NCBI GenBank assembly: GCA_964530625.1
Contig: CAZHAK010000007.1
Span: forward strand, 21,938 to 85,937
DNA from: an uncultured Alphaproteobacteria bacterium
Lineage (GTDB): Bacteria > Electryoneota > RPQS01
Reading direction: 5' to 3'
DNA: 64,000 nucleotides
Part shown: positions 9,320 to 19,915 of the stretch, in pieces
Numbering within the stretch: position 1 is the first letter of the stretch
Layout: each line of letters begins with the position of its first letter
Translations under genes and position numbers: made by a program
The notes under the pieces: generated by a model
Databases searched by the model: none
Told to the model about the DNA's origin: nothing
Seen by the model: the letters and a program-made list of their open reading frames with translations, nothing else

Positions 9320-10570
9320 CTATCTAACTCCTTTTGCAAGCGCAGCCGTAACGGGAACTCTCGACGCACGACGCGCCGGCAACACGGATCCCGCCCACGA
9401 GCTGAAAATGGCAAGCGCCGCCCCAATCAGCCAATCAACGGCCCGCGACTGAGCAAAGTACGTGTCCGCTAACGGCATCGAAATCGCTTCAATTGCCTCT
9501 TTCGGCAGGCTGATGCCGTGCACGTTCATGAACCACGCAAAAAGGCCCCCGATTACCGAACCAATCACAATGCCAAAAAATCCCACCGTGATGCCTTCAG
9601 CCAAGAACATTGTACGGATTTGCTTCTTCTCCATTCCCAGTGCGCGCAAAGCTCCTATTTCACCCGTGCGTTCAAACACCGAGACGGTCATCGTATTCGA
9701 AATGCCAAACACTGCAAGTGTCACGAGAATCCAGCCGATGATAGCATAAGAGACCATGTCAGCTTTCACCGCCGCCACAATGTCGCGTGCGACTTCGTAC
9801 CACGTTTCCACAATAAGTTTGTCGCTCGTCGCGCGTGTCACAACTGCCGCCACTTCATCGCGAACACTTGGCACGACGCGCAGGTTCGTGGTGCGAATAA
9901 CAATCTCGGTGACCTCGTCCCGCATGTCAAGCAGCTCCGAGACAAACGGCAAGGGAGCGTAGACCGCTCCTCTGTCCGCGATGCCAAAACCGCTGTCAAA
10001 AATCCCAATTACTTCCGCATCCACCAGATTGTTCGCGCGATCCTGAGTCTGCGCAAACAACAAGAGTGAGCTGCCTACTTCCGCGCCGAGCAGTTCCGCC
10101 AACCGATCACCGATCAGGATGCCATTCGTCAAATCACTAAGCCTGCTGCCTTCCTTAACTCCGGAAAGAATCACGCCGACCTTTTCCTCTGCCGACGGAA
10201 CGACGCCATAGAGCACGACTGTAGCGCGTTCACGTCCATTCGACAAAATCGCGGACGTCAAAATCCTCGGACTCGAGGCAATGACATCAGGCAATGTGTC
10301 CGTGGCAAGTGTGACTGCGCTGGCGTTATGAATCGTCAGGTCAAGCGGCAGCCTGCGCTTCTCGTCTGCGTAACCATCCGCGTGAATCTGAATGTGTCCG
10401 GTGCGCAAATCCACGGTCTTCTCAATCGTGATCAAGTAGAAACCGCGCAGCACACCGATCAGCAGAATCAACATGCCTGTATTGACACCAAGCGCCAGCA
10501 CATTGAACAGCGAGCGCCGCCGTTGTTTCATGACATTGCGAAAACCCAGTCTAAACCAGAGCAAGTTCAT
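9320..10570 (-). CDS. ABC transporter permease, FtsX/MacB-like
   Basis: The start was set at the internal Met (MNLLWFRLGFRNVMKQRRRS), which abuts the stop of the upstream permease at 10567. It has an N-terminal TM helix, a large periplasmic domain and a C-terminal FtsX-type 3-TM bundle. Confidence 0.75.
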   Translation of the reverse strand: MNLLWFRLGFRNVMKQRRRSLFNVLALGVNTGMLILLIGVLRGFYLITIEKTVDLRTGHIQIHADGYADEKRRLPLDLTIHNASAVTLATDTLPDVIASSPRILTSAILSNGRERATVVLYGVVPSAEEKVGVILSGVKEGSRLSDLTNGILIGDRLAELLGAEVGSSLLLFAQTQDRANNLVDAEVIGIFDSGFGIADRGAVYAPLPFVSELLDMRDEVTEIVIRTTNLRVVPSVRDEVAAVVTRATSDKLIVETWYEVARDIVAAVKADMVSYAIIGWILVTLAVFGISNTMTVSVFERTGEIGALRALGMEKKQIRTMFLAEGITVGFFGIVIGSVIGGLFAWFMNVHGISLPKEAIEAISMPLADTYFAQSRAVDWLIGAALAIFSSWAGSVLPARRASRVPVTAALAKGVR

Positions 10571-11784
10571 CCCAGCTCCCGCAATATTTCCACGGGCTGT
10601 TTCTTGGATGCCCAGTAGGCAGGATACAGAGACGCGAAAATCGAAATCAACATTCCCAGCAACGCAATCTTGATCGTTGTTTCCGGAACAAAGGTAAACC
10701 AAATTAAGCTGTCAATGCCTTCAAGTCCCTGCATCGCTTCACCCAAATCAATCGGGTGCGCGTAAAAGTAAAACGTGATCGGCAGCGAAAAAATCAATCC
10801 GACTATCGTGCCGATCAAGCCCAGCACCGCGCCTTGAAAGAGCACAATCTTGATCAACTGCCTCGGCAATAGCCCCACCGCTCGCAATGTCCCGAATTCG
10901 CGCAGCCGTTCGAGCACGCTAATCAAGAATGTATTGATCATACCAAGCGAAGCAACAACCAAGATGATCAACGTGATAACCCAAATTCCAATTTCAGAGA
11001 CATCAAGCAATTGAATCAGCGCCGCCTGATCTTCTTTCCAGGACGTTACCTGATAGCGGTCGGCAAACTGCGACTTCACAACGGGCAAGACGTCATCAAG
11101 AGCTTCAAGAGACTCAAGTTCGAGCGTTACACTCGTCACTCGGTTTTCCAGCGCAACCAAACGCTGCACGGTGTTAAGCTCGCCAATTACAAGCGTCGCA
11201 TCTTCATCTTCATTCAAGCTGCGAAAGATACCGCGGACAACCGGTTCGACTGCTGACATCCCGCCATACACGTCGCTCGTCAGGAGAATAATCTTCTCAC
11301 CTGCTTTGACGTCCAAAAGCTTTGCGGCGTTACTTCCGAGCATGACTTGATTCGACCCGTCCAAAAACTCGCCGTCAATCATCGCTCGCTCAAGCCTTCC
11401 CCAAATCGCTCGGGCAGCCTCTGGCGTCGTTGCGTTCAGCTGCATTTCGAGCGTGCGATCCGGTGAATTTGCCAGCGCGCCGAATCGAATCATCGGTCGC
11501 ACCATACGAACCTTTGAAAGAGTGCTTAGGGACTCTTCGAGAGCTTTCGTCCACGGCATATTCGGCTCGAGCGGCAGGAGATCAATCTTCTTGTCATAAC
11601 CCTGCGCCGCAAGACGAATATGCCCTGATTCGCGGACGGCCTGCTGTTGTACCTTGTCGCGAAATCCGTCCACGTAACTTCCGCCGAATTGCAACAGAAA
11701 AACCGACACAGCCACGACAGCGATCACAGCCAGCGAACGCTTCCACATCTTTCTTATGTCGCGCATCGCGAAGCGAGTCAGCAT
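10567..11784 (-). CDS. ABC transporter permease, FtsX/LolC/E-like
   Basis: MLTRFAMRDIRKMWKRSLAVIAVVAVSVFLL opens the protein. It has a periplasmic domain followed by an FtsX 4-TM architecture, and is paralogous to the adjacent permease. Confidence 0.75.
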   Translation of the reverse strand: MLTRFAMRDIRKMWKRSLAVIAVVAVSVFLLQFGGSYVDGFRDKVQQQAVRESGHIRLAAQGYDKKIDLLPLEPNMPWTKALEESLSTLSKVRMVRPMIRFGALANSPDRTLEMQLNATTPEAARAIWGRLERAMIDGEFLDGSNQVMLGSNAAKLLDVKAGEKIILLTSDVYGGMSAVEPVVRGIFRSLNEDEDATLVIGELNTVQRLVALENRVTSVTLELESLEALDDVLPVVKSQFADRYQVTSWKEDQAALIQLLDVSEIGIWVITLIILVVASLGMINTFLISVLERLREFGTLRAVGLLPRQLIKIVLFQGAVLGLIGTIVGLIFSLPITFYFYAHPIDLGEAMQGLEGIDSLIWFTFVPETTIKIALLGMLISIFASLYPAYWASKKQPVEILRELG

Positions 11785-13313
11785 CAGAACGATTTCTTCA
11801 CAGAGTAAAGACGATACGGAGAGCGCAGCAGAATAGGATTCGCCAGAACTCCCAAGTCTTGCTTCAAGCTCTTGTCGTTCCAGTCCGCATTACGTTCATC
11901 GACAAGAATATGAGTACAGCGGTACTTTGAAAGCAGCAACCAGCGATCCGCCGTTTCCAGAGGATCATTAAAAAAGCTGGTGGCGTCCGCGCGGCGCTGA
12001 TTCACTTCTTCTTGAATCAATGGATTCCCTTTTGCCTGCGCCACAAGGCGCGCACCTGTGACCGCTGGCACACGCCAACCGACCGTATCCTCCACCATTA
12101 CGATGGAGGACTTATCCAATCTGTTCCGAAGGATATTCAAATCCTGCCACGGCTCAAGAATATCGCCGCTGGTTCTTTTATAATGCACGATGACCGGCGA
12201 CCATTGCTTAACGATTTTGTGGGCACGATAGTAAATTCCCGGTATAAACACCGCCATGACGAGGAATAACACTATCAGGACATGTGTTTTGGATCGCTGA
12301 AAGAAGCCGCGTGTAAACAACCCGCTGTCCCAGAGGAACAACCCGATACACATATGCGCGAAAATTGCTCCGTAAAATATAAATCTGCTGCCGATTTGCA
12401 CACCCGCTAGCCAGCTTAACAGATAGATTGCCAATGAACAACCGAGCGCAATGACCAACTCCGGATACTTTCTGCGCACAGCGAAAAAAGCCGCGATCGG
12501 TAATCCAAGCAGGACGGGGCCAATCTTCATCACTTGCCCGTCAAACAATCGAACTTTGTACCACGCTTCGGTTGAACCTCGAAACAAGAGCGTTGAATAG
12601 TCGAAATACGGCCACCACAACGATACAAGCAGCACTCCGACAGGAACAAGCTGCAAGAGCAGGGTTTTGCCAATGCTCACCCGAGCGACGGCCCACCCGA
12701 AGGCTGCCACAAACAAGAACAGCGCGGTTATCGGATGCGAGAGAAAGGCCAACAGCGACAACGCGATGTAGCCCGTCAATCGAGCTCGCGACCCGCTGAC
12801 TAAGTAGTGATTGAGCTCCGCGAGCCCGTGAAAGCATATACCGTAGGCAAAAGTTCCGACAAGACCTGGTAACGCGAAGAAGAACTCAGCCTGATATGCG
12901 TTCGCTTCGCCGTACCCTCGACCCCATCCAATGAGCATCACCGGAACAATCCACAGTATCGCGCGCGAATCAGTCGTCAGCGTCCTTATCACTCGTGCAA
13001 GCCCGGTAACAAACAAGAGTATATTGAGCAGGCCGGCAATCGCTACCGTCGTAAAGAGCGGGAGGTCAAACAGGCGGTCAATCACACCCCATACTATAGT
13101 GTACGGCGTGAATCTCGGCGAAGTTTCGCCCGGCAAATCGAGTAGCGGGTTGCGTGGATTCAGCGGCGAGTCTGATGCGGCTTCTATTGTTGCTGCCGTT
13201 TCCCAAATGTCCGCTTCCTCGCCCCAACGCGGCGCAATTGTATAAAGAAGCGCGACCACAAGGATCGCGCCATACATAAAGCGCTGCCACGGCGCCGACT
13301 TTAGCCGATTCAT
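11784..13313 (-). CDS. Polytopic integral membrane protein, probable GT-C-fold glycosyltransferase (ArnT/PMT-like)
   Basis: About 12 predicted TM helices across 509 aa. Its start codon overlaps the stop of the GT2 gene, a genomic pairing typical of a polyprenyl-phosphate-sugar synthase plus GT-C transferase. Confidence 0.45.
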   Translation of the reverse strand: MNRLKSAPWQRFMYGAILVVALLYTIAPRWGEEADIWETAATIEAASDSPLNPRNPLLDLPGETSPRFTPYTIVWGVIDRLFDLPLFTTVAIAGLLNILLFVTGLARVIRTLTTDSRAILWIVPVMLIGWGRGYGEANAYQAEFFFALPGLVGTFAYGICFHGLAELNHYLVSGSRARLTGYIALSLLAFLSHPITALFLFVAAFGWAVARVSIGKTLLLQLVPVGVLLVSLWWPYFDYSTLLFRGSTEAWYKVRLFDGQVMKIGPVLLGLPIAAFFAVRRKYPELVIALGCSLAIYLLSWLAGVQIGSRFIFYGAIFAHMCIGLFLWDSGLFTRGFFQRSKTHVLIVLFLVMAVFIPGIYYRAHKIVKQWSPVIVHYKRTSGDILEPWQDLNILRNRLDKSSIVMVEDTVGWRVPAVTGARLVAQAKGNPLIQEEVNQRRADATSFFNDPLETADRWLLLSKYRCTHILVDERNADWNDKSLKQDLGVLANPILLRSPYRLYSVKKSF

Positions 13314-14143
13314 TAAGCTCCCGTCGGCACGGCGGTACCGGAAACATCCAATGCACGCGGTGATTTCTTAAACAGCGCAGAGTTCAACAAACCCATTTGC
13401 GCCAGCTTGTATTTTAACATGACCTGCACAGTTTGCAATCCGTATTTTGTGCTCCGCCGAAAATTAATTGATGAAGCTTCGTCAAAATAGCGCGTCGGAA
13501 TTGGCACGTCACCAATCCGGAATCCGTGAAACACCGATTGCGCCAAAAATTCCGAGTCAAAAACAAAGTCATCTGAATTTGAATGGTAGTTTATCGTTTC
13601 CAATACTTCACGCGCATAGGCCCGGAATCCCGTATGCAGATCACCCGCGTTCTGACCAAGCATTACATTCTCAAAAATAGTCAGAGCACGATTGGAAAGA
13701 TATTTGTACACGGGCATGCCGCCTTCCAACGTCTCACGGCGAGATCGAATCCGCGAACCCAAAATTATGTCCACGGTTCCCGTTTTCAGCAGGCTCACAA
13801 CGGCGGGAGTAATCCGTCCGTCGTATTGATAGTCAGGATGAATCATTACCACCACGTCCGCGCCGGAATTTAGCGCCGCATCGTAACATGTCTTCTGATT
13901 GCCGCCGTAGCCCTTATTTCGTTCATGAGGAATAACCGTCATGCCAAGGGATTTTGCCACTTCAACAGTATTGTCCTTCGAGCAATCGTCTACAAGAATG
14001 AACTCGTGCACGGATCCGCTGGGGATGGACTTTAGTGTTCGTTCAATCGTCAGCGCGGCGTTGTAGGCCGGCATGACACACACGACTTTCTTGATCTCAC
14101 GCTCAGGACGTTCCTGAAATTCTTCTAAGCGAACAAATCCCAT
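13313..14143 (-). CDS. Family 2 glycosyltransferase (polyprenyl-phosphate sugar synthase-like, DPM1/ArnC type)
   Basis: [17 protein letters not shown]...[11 protein letters not shown], i.e. the GT2 DXD-type N-terminal fold. Its length of 276 aa is typical. Confidence 0.75.
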   Translation of the reverse strand: MGFVRLEEFQERPEREIKKVVCVMPAYNAALTIERTLKSIPSGSVHEFILVDDCSKDNTVEVAKSLGMTVIPHERNKGYGGNQKTCYDAALNSGADVVVMIHPDYQYDGRITPAVVSLLKTGTVDIILGSRIRSRRETLEGGMPVYKYLSNRALTIFENVMLGQNAGDLHTGFRAYAREVLETINYHSNSDDFVFDSEFLAQSVFHGFRIGDVPIPTRYFDEASSINFRRSTKYGLQTVQVMLKYKLAQMGLLNSALFKKSPRALDVSGTAVPTGA

Positions 14144-14152
14144 AAATTCCTT

Positions 14153-15553
14153 TTACAAATGCAGCGCGCGGTTTTCCGTCGCGGCTAAACAGGCTTCCTT
14201 CATCGCTTCCGTGAATGTCGGATGAGCATGAGACACCCTGGCAATATCTTCGGCACTCGCGCGGAACTCAAGCGCTACCACCGCCTCGGCAATCATGTCC
14301 GCGGCGCGCGCGCCAAACATATGCACACCTAAAATCTCGTCAGTGACTTTGTCCGCAAGCACCTTCACGACGCCTTCAGTTTCATTCGCAGCCCGCGCGC
14401 GTCCCAATGCTTTGTAGGGAAAGCTGCCCGTCTTGTAGGCGCGTCCCGATTGCTTTAGTTCTTCTTCGGTGAATCCCACTCCGGCCACTTCCGGCCAGGT
14501 GTAAACAACCCAAGGTATCGCGCGATAGTTAATATGCGGCTTCTGTCCTGCGAGCAATTCTGCGACATACACGCCTTCGTCTTCGGCCTTGTGCGCAAGC
14601 ATCGCGCCGCCAATGACGTCGCCTATCGCGTAAATTCCTGGACGAGCCGTCTCAAGATACTCATTCACCTTGATAAATCCGCGCGTGTCTGTTGAAACCC
14701 TGACACTTTCGAGCCCCAGCTTGTCCGTGTAAGGTTTACGGCCGACAGCCATCAAACAGTAGTCACCGAGCAGTTCAATGTCATCTCCCCCCGGTGTCTC
14801 TGCAGTAACGGAAACTTTCTTACTCTTCGTATCTACTGCCTTAACCTTGTGACCAAAATAAAGTTCAATTCCGATATTCTTAAGCGACTTCCCCAGCTCC
14901 TTGCCCATCGTTAAGTCCATCGTCGGAATTGCGGAGTTTAAAAACTCTACAATGCGCACCTTCGTCCCCAATCTTGCAAAAACGGATCCCATCTCGCAAC
15001 CGATTACGCCCGCTCCGATGACCACAAGCTCCTTAGGCACATTCTTCAGGGCCAGCGCTTCCGTCGAAGAGATAATTTTTGTCTTATCAATCTTGGCGAA
15101 GGGCAGGTCTAAAGGCTTTGAACCCGTCGCGATGATGGCATTCGTGAACGAAATCTCCTGAACACTGCCGTCTTCACTTTCCACGCGCAGTTTGTCCGCA
15201 CCAAGAAACGAACCATGACCGTGCAACACGTCAATCTTGTTCTTCTTCATAAGATACGCGACGCCTTTGACGTTGTCGTCGACCACTGCGTCCTTGCGGC
15301 CGCGCATCGTCGGCCAATCGAGTTTCAATCCTGTGAGGCCGATGCCGTGTGTGTCAAAATGCTTGCCCGCAGCATAATAAAGCTCAGATGAGTCAAGCAA
15401 AGCTTTCGAGGGAATGCAGCCGACGTTCAGACACGTTCCACCCAGCGTCGCGTAACGCTCGACGATGGCAACCTTCATTTTCAATTGTGCCGCGCGAATC
15501 GCCGCGACATAACCGCCGGGGCCTGACCCGACGACCACAAGATCGTATTTCAT
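14153..15553 (-). CDS. lpdA: Dihydrolipoyl dehydrogenase (E3)
   Basis: FAD motif VVVGSGPGGYVAAIRAAQ. Redox-active disulfide GGTCLNVGCIPSK. C-terminal dimerisation region HAHPTFTEA. Confidence 0.9.
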   Translation of the reverse strand: MKYDLVVVGSGPGGYVAAIRAAQLKMKVAIVERYATLGGTCLNVGCIPSKALLDSSELYYAAGKHFDTHGIGLTGLKLDWPTMRGRKDAVVDDNVKGVAYLMKKNKIDVLHGHGSFLGADKLRVESEDGSVQEISFTNAIIATGSKPLDLPFAKIDKTKIISSTEALALKNVPKELVVIGAGVIGCEMGSVFARLGTKVRIVEFLNSAIPTMDLTMGKELGKSLKNIGIELYFGHKVKAVDTKSKKVSVTAETPGGDDIELLGDYCLMAVGRKPYTDKLGLESVRVSTDTRGFIKVNEYLETARPGIYAIGDVIGGAMLAHKAEDEGVYVAELLAGQKPHINYRAIPWVVYTWPEVAGVGFTEEELKQSGRAYKTGSFPYKALGRARAANETEGVVKVLADKVTDEILGVHMFGARAADMIAEAVVALEFRASAEDIARVSHAHPTFTEAMKEACLAATENRALHL

Positions 15554-15578
15554 ATTGAGAATTTTGTGAGAGTTCGTG

Positions 15579-16841
15579 CTATATTTGCAGCAGAATGCGC
15601 ATGGGATTCTCCAAACTTTCCTTCACGCGAACGAGAAATCCGACTGACTCGCGCCCGTCTATGATTCGATGATCGTAACTCATGGCCACATACATCATCG
15701 GACGGATGACCACTTGTCCATTCAATGCAATTGGGCGTTCCTCGATTTTGTGCATTCCTAAAATTGCGCTCTGCGGCGGATTTAATATCGGCGTGGACAT
15801 TAACGAGCCAAATACTCCGCCGTTGGAAATGGTATAGGTGCCGCCCGTCATCTCGTCAATCGTCAATTGATTGTTGCGCGCTCGTGCGGCAATCCGCTCG
15901 ATGTCCGCTTCAATCTCGGCAAGGGTCATGCTTTCGGCATTTCGCACTACCGGCACCACCAATCCTTTCGGCGCTTGCACTGCGACTCCCATGTCCACGT
16001 AATCGTGATAGATGATTTCATCTCCTTCGATCGAGGCGTTGACCGCAGGGAAGTACTTCAGCGCTTCCGTCAACGACTTCACAAAAAATGACATGTATCC
16101 AAGTTTGACACCGTGCTGCTCCTGAAACTTGTCTTTGAATTCCTTGCGCAGTTGAATCAGGTTTGACATGTCAATCTCATTGAAGGTCGTCAGCATGGCC
16201 GTTGTCTGCCTGACGGAGACCAATCGCTCGCCCACCTTTTGTCTGAGCAGAGACATCTTTTCGCGCCGCTCAACTCGCTCGCCCGAATAGGTTACTCGTG
16301 CAACTTGCGGGGGAAGATGCGATGGTGTCGTTACTTTGGGTGCGCTTGAGCTGGGCGCTGGAATTGCCGCAGTCGGCGCGGCCTTGGGAGCGGCCACAGC
16401 ACGCTGGGCATCGTCTTTCGTGATTCGGCCTGCTTTACCGCTGCCATTTGTTATGTCGTTTGCGCTCAGTCCGGCTTCGCGCAAAAGCTTGCCCGCTGCA
16501 GGTGAGGCGATTTTCGTGGACCCGCTTGCAACAGTAGACGGCTTGGCGGTCTGCGCCGCCGCCGTCGCAGCTTTCGCCTCTGTTTTAGCTGGCGCGGCAG
16601 TCGCCGTTGCTGTGTCATCAATCGTGCCAGCCAAGGCGCCAACGTGAACAGTTGATCCTTCCTGAATCAGAATCTTCAGAATGCCGCTCGTCTCAGCAGA
16701 CACCGACAGCGTGGCCTTTTCCGACTCAATCTCAAACAATTCGTCGCCCATCTCCACAAACGCGCCGTCGGGCTTCAGCCAACTTGAAATCGTGACTTCA
16801 TTGACGGATTCACCCGGACTTGGAACTTTTACTTCAAGCAT
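15579..16841 (-). CDS. sucB: Dihydrolipoyllysine-residue succinyltransferase (E2 of 2-oxoglutarate dehydrogenase)
   Basis: N-terminal lipoyl domain ([11 protein letters not shown]) and an Ala/Pro-rich linker. The catalytic domain ends with [14 protein letters not shown]. Confidence 0.85.
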   Translation of the reverse strand: MLEVKVPSPGESVNEVTISSWLKPDGAFVEMGDELFEIESEKATLSVSAETSGILKILIQEGSTVHVGALAGTIDDTATATAAPAKTEAKAATAAAQTAKPSTVASGSTKIASPAAGKLLREAGLSANDITNGSGKAGRITKDDAQRAVAAPKAAPTAAIPAPSSSAPKVTTPSHLPPQVARVTYSGERVERREKMSLLRQKVGERLVSVRQTTAMLTTFNEIDMSNLIQLRKEFKDKFQEQHGVKLGYMSFFVKSLTEALKYFPAVNASIEGDEIIYHDYVDMGVAVQAPKGLVVPVVRNAESMTLAEIEADIERIAARARNNQLTIDEMTGGTYTISNGGVFGSLMSTPILNPPQSAILGMHKIEERPIALNGQVVIRPMMYVAMSYDHRIIDGRESVGFLVRVKESLENPMRILLQI

Positions 16842-16890
16842 TTTATGTCGTTATTCTCCCTAGCAAAAACAATCGCTCTTGCCGGGCTGT

Positions 16891-19605
16891 TTAGAGTTTA
16901 AAAACCTTATCAACCAGCTCAGTTGATTCATGCTCATGCAAATCCGGAAATCCGACGGAAGGAACGCAAGACTCCGGACGGGAAATTACTCTGAGCTTTG
17001 TCAAATCAAACTTGCGAAAGAGAAACGGCCAGCACCCCTGATTCTCCGGCTCTTCCTGCGCCCATACAAACTCCGCGTTCGGATAGCGATTTATCACGGC
17101 TTTTAACTGCTTTGTAGGGATTGGGAAAATTTGCTCTAACCTGACCAACGCCACATCTTTTCGATCAGCGTCACGCTGTTTCTTTATCAAGTCAAAGTAG
17201 AATTTCCCCATACACAGCACCACGCGCTTAACGTGCTTCGGATTGGTCCAAGTATCATCCAATACTTCCTGATATTTCTTGCCGGGGCCGAAGTCTTCCA
17301 TCGGGCTGACGCACAGCGGATGGCGCAGCGGGCTTTTTGGAGTCAACACAATCAGCGGAGTTCTAAACGGCCGCGTAAGCTGTCGTCTGAGCACATGAAA
17401 GAAATTTGCCGGTGACGTGCCAGCCACCACTTGCATATTCGTGCCCGCGCACATCTCAAGAAATCTCTCAACGCGGGAGGACGAATGCTCCGGCCCTTGA
17501 CCTTCTAAACCGTGGGGTAGGAGCAGCACCAATCCGTTTTCGCGGCGCCACTTCTGCTCGGCGCCTGCGATAAACTGGTCCGATATAATCTGCGCGCCAT
17601 TCACGAAATCGCCAAATTGCGCTTCCCAAACCACCAGTGCTTTGGGTGACGCCATGGCATAGCCATACTCGTACCCTAACACGGCATATTCAGATAAAAT
17701 CGAATTCCAGATTTCGAATTTCGCCTGATTCTTGCTGATATGATGCAGTGGATAGTACTCATCATCCGAGTCTTCCATCCGCACCATCGCGTGACGATGA
17801 GAAAATGTGCCGCGTTTGGAGTCTTGACCGGAAAAGCGCACACTGTTGCCCTGATCGCATAAGGTCGCGTAAGCCAGCAGTTCACCCATCGCCCAGTCAA
17901 AACGGCCTTCCGTAATCATCTTGCGGCGATCCTGAAAAATCCGCTCGACCTTGCTCATAAACTTCTTGTCTTCTGGAAGTTTCGTGATTGCTTGAGCAAT
18001 CCTCTTTAAGTCCTTTAGCTCAACACCCGTCTCAGGAGATTCTTCAAAGTCTTCAAGCGTGGAAAATCTGAGATCTTTCCAATAGTCCTTCAGGGAGCTT
18101 GGAGCCATTGATTCAAAAACATCTTTTGCCGTCTTAAAATCCGTTTCCAACTTTGCGCGGAAGTCCTTTTCAATCTCTTTGGACTCTTCGGCGGAAATAG
18201 TTCCTTCATCTGCAAGTTCGCGCGCATATATCTGCATCGGATCGGCATGCGCCGCAATCGCCTTATAGAGTACCGGCTGGGTAAATCGGGGCTCATCGCC
18301 CTCGTTGTGGCCGTGCTTCCGGTAGCCCAAAATGTCAACGAATACGTCACGCTGAAACTCCTGACGAAATTCCAGAGCTAACTCAATCGTGTAAATTACT
18401 GCTTCCACGTCGTCACCATTCACATGGAACACCGGAGAAAGCGTCGTCTTCCCCACGTCGGTGCAATAGGTGCTTGAGCGTGCTTCAATGTAGTTGGTCG
18501 TAAAACCGACTTGATTGTTCAACACGATGTGCATTGATCCGCCTGTCTGGTAGGCGCTCACCTGTGACATCTGCAGCAACTCGTACACAACACCCTGTCC
18601 GGCAATTGCCGAATCTCCGTGGATCAGTACCGGCAGCACTTTCCTGAAGTCCGAACCGAAGCGCTGATCCGCCTTCGCCCGGCATACGCCGGCAACAACC
18701 GGATTGATGGCTTCCAAGTGTGACGGATTCGGCATCACGGTCAAGTGAACCGGCAATCCCGCGCGCGTCGTCTTGTCCACAGAGTGACCTAAATGATATT
18801 TTACGTCACCGGAAAAATGCGTGCCCCTGTATTGCTTGCCTTCAAATTCGTTAAAGATGTGGCGGTAATCCTTATCCAGCACATTCGTCAGGATGTTCAA
18901 TCGCCCGCGATGTGCCATGCCGATCACAAAATCGTGAATCCCGAATTGTGCCCCGTGCTCGACCAGCGCGTCCATCGCCGGAACAAATGTCTCAAGACCT
19001 TCAAGTGAAAATCTCTTTTGTCCCACGAATCGCTGATGCATGAATTTTTCCAGCACGACAGCCTGCGTGAGCTTTGTGAGCGTGTGCCGTTTCGCGTCTA
19101 AAGTAAAGTGGCGACGATTCCGGGTACTTTCCATTCGCTCTTGAAGCCAATCCAAAACCTTCGGATCGCGCATGAATATCCACTCGACGCCGACCGAGTT
19201 GCAATAAGTCGCTTCCAACAATTTGATAATTTCACGCAACGGTGACGGGCCGAGACCGACTCGCGTGCCTGCCTGAAACACCCGGTCCAAATCGCTTTCC
19301 GACAACTCGAAATTCTCCAATGTCAGCTTGCCGCCGTATTCGCGACGACTGCGGACCGGATTTGTTTTTGTAAACAGGTGGCCGCGCTGACGATAGGCCG
19401 CGATCAGGTTAACGACCTTGAACTCCTTCTCAAACTCTTCCGGAGCCTGTTGCGGCACCTGACCGTTCAACGTCCGTGCAAACTCAAAACCTTCGAAAAA
19501 TCGTCGCCAGCCTTGATCCATAGAATCAGGCGCAGAACGATACTTCTCGTAAATATCGTTTATCACTGCCGGATCAGCATTCACCAAAAAAGACAAGTCT
19601 GTCAT
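16891..19605 (-). CDS. sucA: 2-oxoglutarate dehydrogenase E1 component
   Basis: A 904-aa protein with the ThDP-dependent E1 architecture. The start MTDLSFLVNADPAVINDIYEKY is typical of SucA. It lies upstream of sucB-lpdA in the same orientation. Confidence 0.85.
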   Translation of the reverse strand: MTDLSFLVNADPAVINDIYEKYRSAPDSMDQGWRRFFEGFEFARTLNGQVPQQAPEEFEKEFKVVNLIAAYRQRGHLFTKTNPVRSRREYGGKLTLENFELSESDLDRVFQAGTRVGLGPSPLREIIKLLEATYCNSVGVEWIFMRDPKVLDWLQERMESTRNRRHFTLDAKRHTLTKLTQAVVLEKFMHQRFVGQKRFSLEGLETFVPAMDALVEHGAQFGIHDFVIGMAHRGRLNILTNVLDKDYRHIFNEFEGKQYRGTHFSGDVKYHLGHSVDKTTRAGLPVHLTVMPNPSHLEAINPVVAGVCRAKADQRFGSDFRKVLPVLIHGDSAIAGQGVVYELLQMSQVSAYQTGGSMHIVLNNQVGFTTNYIEARSSTYCTDVGKTTLSPVFHVNGDDVEAVIYTIELALEFRQEFQRDVFVDILGYRKHGHNEGDEPRFTQPVLYKAIAAHADPMQIYARELADEGTISAEESKEIEKDFRAKLETDFKTAKDVFESMAPSSLKDYWKDLRFSTLEDFEESPETGVELKDLKRIAQAITKLPEDKKFMSKVERIFQDRRKMITEGRFDWAMGELLAYATLCDQGNSVRFSGQDSKRGTFSHRHAMVRMEDSDDEYYPLHHISKNQAKFEIWNSILSEYAVLGYEYGYAMASPKALVVWEAQFGDFVNGAQIISDQFIAGAEQKWRRENGLVLLLPHGLEGQGPEHSSSRVERFLEMCAGTNMQVVAGTSPANFFHVLRRQLTRPFRTPLIVLTPKSPLRHPLCVSPMEDFGPGKKYQEVLDDTWTNPKHVKRVVLCMGKFYFDLIKKQRDADRKDVALVRLEQIFPIPTKQLKAVINRYPNAEFVWAQEEPENQGCWPFLFRKFDLTKLRVISRPESCVPSVGFPDLHEHESTELVDKVFKL

Positions 19606-19915
19606 TTCTTCCTTTTTGCCCCGCGCGGACGTCCCCGTCCCGCTTGACTCTGAACTTCGTTCACTATGTTTCGGTTACCGTTTCTGCGCATAACCCGCAT
19701 GCTTTTGCTAAATATTCCCAATCTTAGAGTTTACGAAATTCCCCTCGGATTCTCAAGCGAAAGAGATCCGTTTTCCAGAGATTCGAACCTGTCTTAAGCA
19801 TAGGTGCGTAAGCTGGCCAATCTGACCACGAGTTTGCCTTTCGCCTGTAAAATCCGCATCTTAGATGACCAAAGGCTTCGAATTTTCAATATTTTCAATA
19901 AAGAGGTGTCGTCAA

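Noticed and set aside
19776-19796. GGTTCGAATC-like T-loop string (reverse strand) suggesting a tRNA
   Set aside because: The flanking bases do not form a T-stem (ACAGG against CTCTG) or an acceptor stem, and there is no cloverleaf. I judge this not to be a tRNA.
19865-19915. Upstream ATG (19865) for the SPFH gene
   Set aside because: It has no ribosome-binding site. ATG 19916 is preceded by AAGAGGTG and gives the expected short cytoplasmic N-terminus followed by a TM helix.
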